A stretch of DNA of 64,000 nucleotides from Candidatus Kerfeldbacteria bacterium (lineage in GTDB: Bacteria; Patescibacteriota; Patescibacteriia; UBA9570; XYC2-FULL-38-9), in the NCBI GenBank assembly GCA_043813585.1, contig JBDRKW010000020.1, forward strand, positions 265,034 to 329,033, read 5' to 3'. This document shows positions 57,794 through 64,000 of this stretch, in pieces. A program made the position numbers and the translations under genes. Under the pieces are notes generated by a model. That model saw nothing but the letters and a program-made list of their open reading frames with translations. It had not been told where the DNA came from and made no database searches. Within the stretch, counting starts at the first letter, position 1. The number at the start of each line of letters is the position of its first letter.

Positions 57794-58963
57794 CTACATC
57801 ATCTTCTTGCGGATGAACGCCGGGATATCAAGATCTTCTTCCTCTGAATTGTCTACTTTTTCTTCATCCATGATGCTCTTTGCGGCTGGTGCTGCCGGCA
57901 TCGGCGCCGCCGGCTCTTCGCGCTGCGGTTGAATTGCTTCGATATCCCTGAACGGGTTTGTCGCCTCAACCTTTTTTGAAGAACGCGGTGTATTGCCAAA
58001 GCCCGTTGCGACAACAGTCACCTGCACTTCATCCTTCATATTATCGTCAATCACAGAGCCAAAAATAATTTGTGCGTTTGGATCAGCCATTTCCGTGATA
58101 ACGCGCGCCGCTTCGTTTACTTCAAACATGCCGAGGTTGGATCCGCCGGTGATAGTGAAGAGGATGCCTTTTGCTCCGTCAATAGAAACTTCAAGCAGCG
58201 GACTGTCGATTGCAGCTTTGGCCGCATCAATCGCGCGATTCTCACCGCCCGAACGTCCGATACCCATCAGGGCCGAACCGGCATCCGCCATAATAGCTTT
58301 TACATCGGCAAAGTCGACGTTGATGAGGCCCGGTACGGTGATGAGGTCAGAGATGCCCTGGACGCCCTGCCGCAAAATCTCATCTACCACTGAAAAAGCA
58401 TCCAATAATGATGTCTTTTTGTCGATTATCTGCAGGATTCTGTCGTTAGGGATAGTAATAATCGTATCCACCTTTTCTGATAGTTCATGCAGCGAACTCT
58501 CTGAAATTTGCTGGCGCTGCGCTCCTTCAAACTCAAACGGCTTGGTCACTACAGCAACCGTCAGAGCGCCTGCTTCCTTCGCCATCTGGGCAATCAACGG
58601 ACCTGCTCCTGAACCGGTACCGCCGCCCAGACCGCATGTGATAAATACCATATCGCAGCCTTTCAGGGCTTGCTGGATCTCTTCTTGATTTTCTTCCGCC
58701 GCTTTATATCCAAGTTCCGGGTCCATTCCTGCGCCGAGGCCTCTGGTTGTGGTTTTCCCGATGTGAATTTTATTTTTTGCAGGTGAATGATGCAGAGCCT
58801 GGGCATCTGTATTCACCGCCAAGAACTCTACTCCTTTGACACCGCCTTCCATCATACGTTCAATAGCGGCCCCTCCGGATCCGCCGACGCCAATTACTTT
58901 AATCTTTGCAAATGTTTCTATCTCGGGTTTAACTTCCATAGATGATTTCTTACTTTTTTTCAT
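57794..58963 (-). CDS. ftsZ: Cell division protein FtsZ
   Basis: IKVIGVGG.G, NTDAQ, GLGGGTGSG, NVDFADVK, C-terminal LDIPAFIRK; start may be 58939. Confidence 0.98.
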   Translation of the reverse strand: MKKSKKSSMEVKPEIETFAKIKVIGVGGSGGAAIERMMEGGVKGVEFLAVNTDAQALHHSPAKNKIHIGKTTTRGLGAGMDPELGYKAAEENQEEIQQALKGCDMVFITCGLGGGTGSGAGPLIAQMAKEAGALTVAVVTKPFEFEGAQRQQISESSLHELSEKVDTIITIPNDRILQIIDKKTSLLDAFSVVDEILRQGVQGISDLITVPGLINVDFADVKAIMADAGSALMGIGRSGGENRAIDAAKAAIDSPLLEVSIDGAKGILFTITGGSNLGMFEVNEAARVITEMADPNAQIIFGSVIDDNMKDEVQVTVVATGFGNTPRSSKKVEATNPFRDIEAIQPQREEPAAPMPAAPAAKSIMDEEKVDNSEEEDLDIPAFIRKKMM

Positions 58964-59071
58964 GTTGAGACAAAAATGTATTCAATATATTATACAATTT
59001 TTGACATGAAACTAGTCTATCCTATACTCAAAAAAATGGCAAGACTTTCTGTATAAAAAATGTATACGTTC

Positions 59072-59095
59072 AAAAAAACAGCTCCCACGAGCTGT
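59072..59095 (-). terminator. Terminator between ftsA and ftsZ
   Basis: Minus strand acagctc-gtgg-gagctgt followed by a T-run. Confidence 0.6.
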
Positions 59096-59118
59096 CTCAC
59101 CATACCAGTGTTTACCTG

Positions 59119-60369
59119 TTACGGCATGAGTGATTTCAGCCACTTTCCCATCCGGCCGGTCACATCTGTGACAGTAGACAAATTGCGCAGACCCGGACGG
59201 TTGGCTCCTTCATGCAGGCCTTGGCCCCACAGTACCAGACCAATCGCAGTTGCGAAACTCGGGTCTTCAATCTTATCAATCGGCGTCTGAATGTGCTTCG
59301 GGTATCCGATAGAAGCAGACATGCGGAAATGCGTCTTCGCCATATCGATAAGGCCGTTCAGTTTTGCTCCTCCCCCGGTAAAGATAATTCCTGCCGGCAG
59401 CTTGGCGTCACGGTCTATCGCACGGAGCTCATTGCGAATCATATCAAAAATTTCTTCCGTTCGGGCAGCGATGATTTCCGCAACCTCTTTTTTTGACACC
59501 AGCACTTTCTCATCCGGATTAATTTTGGCAAGGTCGATCTCATCGCGCTTGCCGACCTCTTCTGCCAATGCCGTTCCATATTGCTTCTTTACCTCTTCTG
59601 CAATGTCCACAGATGTCCGAAGCCCGATCGCGATATCATTTGTGATATGTCCCGAACCAACCGGTATGATCTTCGTATGAAGCACATCCCCATCTTCAAA
59701 CACCATCAGGCTGGTAGTCGCTCCTCCAATGTTGACCAGGGCAACACCCAGGTCTTTTTCACGCTTCGACAAAACACTTTCTGAAGATGCGAGCACCTCA
59801 ACCACTAATTCGTTGATATCAACGCCGGTTCGGTAGATTGATTTCGTGATATTCTTGACCTGCGATGTCATTCCAAGAATAATCTGCGCACTTACCTCCA
59901 GTTTAATTCCCGTCATGCCGACCGGATCCTTGATGCCGGTCTGGTCATCCACCGTAAATGTACGCGGAATAACATGCAATATTTCGTAATTGGGAGGTGT
60001 TGCCATGCTCTGGGCCGCTTCAATCGCACGGTCAATATCATCCTCGCCGATTTCACCGCTTGCCTTTGAAACGGCAACAATACCCTGGCTTTCCTGGGCA
60101 ATCACATGAGCGCCGTTCACGCTGACAATCGCATGCTCAATCGGCACGCCGGTCATGCGTTCACATTTCTCCAGAGCTGACGATATACTGGATACTGCAT
60201 CTTCAATTGAAACAACAGCGCCTTTGCTCACTCCTTCTGCCGGTGATTCTGCCGCCCCGATGATATGAACCGTCATTTCGCCGTCCTGGCCGGGCTTTAC
60301 CTGCCCACTTACAACACGGATCGATGACGATCCGATATCCAATCCTGTGATGATTTCGTCTTTAGCCAT
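59119..60369 (-). CDS. ftsA: Cell division protein FtsA
   Basis: GLDIGSS, G..KG.V, HVIP..F.VD......DPVGM.G, NIGG.TT, HITNDIA, TGGGA.L.G. Confidence 0.97.
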   Translation of the reverse strand: MAKDEIITGLDIGSSSIRVVSGQVKPGQDGEMTVHIIGAAESPAEGVSKGAVVSIEDAVSSISSALEKCERMTGVPIEHAIVSVNGAHVIAQESQGIVAVSKASGEIGEDDIDRAIEAAQSMATPPNYEILHVIPRTFTVDDQTGIKDPVGMTGIKLEVSAQIILGMTSQVKNITKSIYRTGVDINELVVEVLASSESVLSKREKDLGVALVNIGGATTSLMVFEDGDVLHTKIIPVGSGHITNDIAIGLRTSVDIAEEVKKQYGTALAEEVGKRDEIDLAKINPDEKVLVSKKEVAEIIAARTEEIFDMIRNELRAIDRDAKLPAGIIFTGGGAKLNGLIDMAKTHFRMSASIGYPKHIQTPIDKIEDPSFATAIGLVLWGQGLHEGANRPGLRNLSTVTDVTGRMGKWLKSLMP

Positions 60370-60400
60370 AATGAATCAACTGCTTTCGCATGTGCGGATA

Positions 60401-60787
60401 TTATAACACAAAATCAGCGATGAGTGTATAAAAATAGGGGTAAAAAATGATAAAACCTATCAACAATGCAGAAATCGATGATAGTAATACGAGCGCTGCC
60501 ATCATGTCTTTAATAATTTCACTATATACGTGGAGACGCGGCTGTAGAATATCAACAAATCGCTCCAAAACGGTATTCAGTATCTCCGCTGTCAGCACAA
60601 AAGCGACCATCAGGATCAATGCAACGGCCTCCCACTGCTTAATTCGGAACGCAGCCATGCAAATAACAACGATTATTGCGGCCAACAGCTGAAGCCTGAA
60701 GTTTTGCTCGTTTAAAAACGTATATTTTACTCCGCGCCACGCAAAGTAAAAGCTTTTCCGCAGTTTATTTATCTTCTTTTTTGCCAT
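60401..60787 (-). CDS. dgkA: Diacylglycerol/undecaprenol kinase family protein
   Basis: SF.FA..G....E.NFR, E..NT..E..VD, KD..AA.VL. Confidence 0.9.
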   Translation of the reverse strand: MAKKKINKLRKSFYFAWRGVKYTFLNEQNFRLQLLAAIIVVICMAAFRIKQWEAVALILMVAFVLTAEILNTVLERFVDILQPRLHVYSEIIKDMMAALVLLSSISALLIGFIIFYPYFYTLIADFVL

Positions 60788-61191
60788 AATTGTTCAATCG
60801 ATTCTTCTAATTGTTCTTGCTTCTGGGCCTGTTCTTGCGATTCTTCATGGTCATGCCCCATAACATGCACCAATCCATGGATAATCATACGCCGGGCTTC
60901 ATCCTCCACCGGAACTTGCAGTTCTTCAGCCTGCCGCCGTATCTGATCCGCACCGAGCAACAGTTCAGCGGTGGCCGTATCGTATCGGAACGACAGAACA
61001 TCCGTCGGACTGTCTTTCCCCCGGTATTTCTTGTTCACCGCTTGGATCTCCTCATCAGAAACCACAACAACCGTGACTGCAAGTTCTTCCGGTATTCCCA
61101 GTACCTCCTGTGCCGCCTCGAACGCTGCGGTAACCGCATATGCGGTCAATTCGGGCAGCGGCGTCTTTTCTATGAATTCAACTGATGGCAT
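60769..61191 (-). CDS. ybeY: rRNA maturation endoribonuclease YbeY
   Basis: N..YRGKD.PTDVLSF, HGLVHVMGHDH. Confidence 0.95.
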   Translation of the reverse strand: MPSVEFIEKTPLPELTAYAVTAAFEAAQEVLGIPEELAVTVVVVSDEEIQAVNKKYRGKDSPTDVLSFRYDTATAELLLGADQIRRQAEELQVPVEDEARRMIIHGLVHVMGHDHEESQEQAQKQEQLEESIEQLWQKRR

Positions 61192-61194
61192 GCG

Positions 61195-62355
61195 TTATTG
61201 CGTATTTGTATTGCTGTTGTTGTTAGTATTGGTATTGGTATTTGTTGTCGATGTCTTCTTCTTGGGCGTGTAGGCGAAACTGTCGACCATCATCTGGAAC
61301 GTCGTCTGAAAATGCACCTCATCTTTCGTTCCAAAATTATACAGGATGCCAATGATATAGTTGCTGTCGGCAAAGTAATAAGTGAAGCCGTCCGGACTGA
61401 CAATGCCTTTTAAGCTTCCAAGCGTAACCGCTTCAAGATCTCCCGGTTCAATATCCTCGTAGAGCGCGGCAAACCATTGCGCAGCAGTCTGTCCCTTCGG
61501 ATTATCCGATATAATGACTTCGACCAGTTCTCCATCGACGGAATCAGAGGTAAATACGATTTCCCTGTTCGTTTCGTCAAGAGGTTCTGCAAACCACTTT
61601 GCCGGATAATTCATCACCCATCCAAACTGCTTGTTGTCATACTGGATGACCTGGCCGGTATTCAAAAGTGTTTCATCCTTGTCGGACGGCGAAAAACCGT
61701 TTAAAACTTCTGTCCCGTCCACAAAGCCGTCGTGATCCGTATCAGGAAGCTCAAATTTCGTCCCATAGAGCGCTTCCTCTTCATCCGTCAGCTTATCCTT
61801 GTCCTTATCGCGCGCAGAGGTCACATCAGAGCGATCCGGAAACGGCACTGCCGCATTAGTGTTGGCATTCGCATTTGCGTTCTGATTGTCATTCGGGAAC
61901 AGTCCTTCATTGATATTCTCTCCCAGATCTTCATTCACATTCGTATTGAGCAGCGTGCCGAGGTTCGTATTGCTTTCCTCATTTGCGTTCTCGTTCATAT
62001 TTTCATTGGCTGCCGGCGTCGTATTGGCCGTATTGACATTAGATGTCGGCGTCGGTTCCTCCTGTTTCGTTGTCAGCTGCAACGCATACACAACGGCTGC
62101 AACAACGATGATGATAACAGCTACGACTAATGCGATAATAAAGGCAATTTTCTTGCCGCCGCCTGATCCTCCTTTACCGGATTTGGGAGGCATAAATTTC
62201 TCCGGCATCGTATACACACGGCTCTGTTCACCTGCCGAAGGCGATGGTGACGACGGAGACTGGCCGAGCCCGAGATTTCCTGTCTGCTGCGGAGCGACGG
62301 ATTGCGGCTGCATCGGCTGTTGGGGTTGTTGTGGCGGTTGGTTCTGTTCAAACAT
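61195..62355 (-). CDS. Single-TM surface protein with Asn-rich linker and bacterial TSP3-type Ca-binding repeats
   Basis: D.D.D.LTD.EE..YGT.....DTD.DGF.DG.EV.NG..P; N/T-rich low-complexity segments. Confidence 0.78.
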   Translation of the reverse strand: MFEQNQPPQQPQQPMQPQSVAPQQTGNLGLGQSPSSPSPSAGEQSRVYTMPEKFMPPKSGKGGSGGGKKIAFIIALVVAVIIIVVAAVVYALQLTTKQEEPTPTSNVNTANTTPAANENMNENANEESNTNLGTLLNTNVNEDLGENINEGLFPNDNQNANANANTNAAVPFPDRSDVTSARDKDKDKLTDEEEALYGTKFELPDTDHDGFVDGTEVLNGFSPSDKDETLLNTGQVIQYDNKQFGWVMNYPAKWFAEPLDETNREIVFTSDSVDGELVEVIISDNPKGQTAAQWFAALYEDIEPGDLEAVTLGSLKGIVSPDGFTYYFADSNYIIGILYNFGTKDEVHFQTTFQMMVDSFAYTPKKKTSTTNTNTNTNNNSNTNTQ

Positions 62356-62360
62356 ATGAA

Positions 62361-63146
62361 TTATTCATTATTTTTTTCTTGTTCGTTGAATTCGCTGGCC
62401 ACATCTTTCACCTCCAGCAGCTTGCCGGGACCGTTTGGATTGAAGAAGTTGCGCACCTCTTCGCCATCCTTATACCCATCACCGTCTGTATCTTTATTGT
62501 TCGGGTCCGTCTTATAAATTTCCACTTCCTGCTTATCCGTTAACAGATCGTTATCCGTATCTACAAGTTGAGGATCCGTACCAAGCTCGGCTTCGCGCGA
62601 ATCCAGGAGACCGTCGCCGTCCGAATCCATAACAGGACCGGCCGCTTCCGGCTGCGCTTGCTCCGTATCAACAGGAGTTTCCTCAATAACCGGAGCAATT
62701 TGGTTAAGAGCATCAGTATTCGTGGGTGTTTGCGTTGAACCGTCGCCGCGTGTAATGACATAGTATGTAACACCGCCTGCAACGACGACGACAATCGCAG
62801 CAACCACAATGATCATTAGGCGCATCCTGCTTCCGCGGCCCACTTTCCGTTCCGCTTCCCTTTTCGGGCCGGCGACGCCTTCTGATTCCCGAGGCTGAAG
62901 CATAGGCCCTTCTTGTCCCATCGGAAGCAAATCAGCGAGCGGAAACTGCGTTGAAACATCCCCTGCCGGAGGTACCGGTTGCGCCGACTGCTTTGGCTGC
63001 GGTTGAACAGGCTCCGGCCTGGGCCGTACCGGCATCTGCGGACTGTCGGGCGCCGGATCGATATCACCGAAGATATCCTCCATTTCCGGAGGTGTTTGAC
63101 CTGCTGTCGTACCCGGTTGTGGTGGTTGATTGATTCCGTTTGTCAT
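62361..63146 (-). CDS. Single-TM surface protein with bacterial TSP3-type Ca-binding repeats
   Basis: DSDGDGL.D..E...GTDP...DTD.D.L.D..E.....TDP...DTDGDGY.DG.EV; Pro-rich N-terminus. Confidence 0.8.
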   Translation of the reverse strand: MTNGINQPPQPGTTAGQTPPEMEDIFGDIDPAPDSPQMPVRPRPEPVQPQPKQSAQPVPPAGDVSTQFPLADLLPMGQEGPMLQPRESEGVAGPKREAERKVGRGSRMRLMIIVVAAIVVVVAGGVTYYVITRGDGSTQTPTNTDALNQIAPVIEETPVDTEQAQPEAAGPVMDSDGDGLLDSREAELGTDPQLVDTDNDLLTDKQEVEIYKTDPNNKDTDGDGYKDGEEVRNFFNPNGPGKLLEVKDVASEFNEQEKNNE

Positions 63147-63164
63147 AGTATATGATGATTATTG

Positions 63165-64000
63165 TTAATCCCAGTCGCCGCCCGGATCAAGGACACTCGA
63201 AATTTCATAGTCAAAGCAATCCGGGCATGAAGCGTTCGAAATGCCCTGGCACGGACTTGCTGATAACGGATTCAGCTCAATGTAATCCTCTGTCGCTGTA
63301 CTCTCGTACTCGAAGTTTCCGTACAAATATGCATCATTTGCGTTTGACCGCTTCCACATATAAACATGAGAACTCACCGGACAGAAGAACAGGTTATTCA
63401 CCGGGTCCCAGCAGGTTCCCGCTTCATCCCAATAAATGTTGTTGTCCGGATCGTATTCACAATCTGGAGCATTCCCGTCGCTAATCCACGGCGTCGCGCT
63501 CGCTTCCCACGGCGTGTCCTGGATACTGGCATAGAAGAAGTTATACGGATCCTCCGGCAACGTAGCACCGAATAAATTGCCGAGCGCCCCCTGCCATGAA
63601 TTCCAGACGCTGGTCGTCAGCTCGCTGATATAGGAGCCGAAATTCTGGCTTTGCGGTTCAGGATACTCTCCATGAGCATCATAATAATCATTGGCTAACC
63701 CTGCAATCGTACCAAGGTCGGTTACGCGCTTCGTATCGCGCACCAGCTTGTATTTATCGGAGCCGTCGCAATCCTCATAGCTGATATTCATGTTAAACGT
63801 AAAGAAGTCGATGATCTGGGAAGCTATCTGGTCCATCTGGTCCTCGTCATTGAAAGTCAGCAGATAAATATTGTTATACAGCTCATCAATGCCGTCACCA
63901 TTCGTGTCGTCATCAATATTGCTCGCGCCGATATAATAGGAAGAACCATCGCGCACCGCTTCGTACCCGTCTACCGTTGTTGTGCCAGGTGAACCCGGCG
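63165..64000 (-). CDS. C-terminal part of a large acidic extracellular protein with a pilin/GspG-like segment (5' end outside window)
   Basis: Frame stays open to the window edge (PGSPGTTTVDGYEAVRDG...); RDTKRVTDL..I......Y....G.YP...LPEDP.N; several Cys. Confidence 0.7.
   Translation of the reverse strand, partial: PGSPGTTTVDGYEAVRDGSSYYIGASNIDDDTNGDGIDELYNNIYLLTFNDEDQMDQIASQIIDFFTFNMNISYEDCDGSDKYKLVRDTKRVTDLGTIAGLANDYYDAHGEYPEPQSQNFGSYISELTTSVWNSWQGALGNLFGATLPEDPYNFFYASIQDTPWEASATPWISDGNAPDCEYDPDNNIYWDEAGTCWDPVNNLFFCPVSSHVYMWKRSNANDAYLYGNFEYESTATEDYIELNPLSASPCQGISNASCPDCFDYEISSVLDPGGDWD

Noticed and set aside
1-64000. Alternative genetic code (UGA=Gly, as in Gracilibacteria/Absconditabacteria)
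   Set aside because: Conserved genes are full length under code 11, several end in TGA, and RF2 with SPF is encoded.

Overview
Bacterial chromosomal window with no phage, transposase, CRISPR, rRNA or tRNA signal. Gene content and order point to a Patescibacteria/CPR genome, possibly ABY1/Kerfeldbacteria-like (inference): a VirB4/TraD-like ATPase pair, a sigma70-r4/HTH protein, DUF4012, split comEC, and TSP3-repeat surface proteins. The genetic code is standard (TGA stops; RF2 present). All but one credible gene is on the minus strand. Contents: clpB (partial), secDF, secA, hpf, ftsW-murG-murC-murB, lepA, murJ, tgt, lgt, a non-oxidative pentose-phosphate/FBPase cluster interleaved with thiol-redox genes, comEC, glmS, prfB, a B12-dependent ribonucleotide reductase module (nrdR-cobO-nrdJ plus a transporter, with NrdR boxes), ftsA-ftsZ and surface proteins. 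The most striking unexplained element is an approximately 430-nt ORF-free, densely base-paired transcription unit between lepA and ftsW (about 21282-21717, minus strand). It has a perfect TTGACA/TATAAT promoter, its own terminator, mostly strand-consistent G-U pairs and three exposed CUCC (anti-Shine-Dalgarno-like) loops, making it a candidate novel large ncRNA. Other oddities: SecD carrying an inserted, apparently circularly permuted parvulin domain; recurrent leaderless promoters; prfB without the frameshift; a serine-less alpha/beta hydrolase; and a two-start NrdJ with a CxxC extension. All calls come from reading the sequence by eye; no database searches were run.
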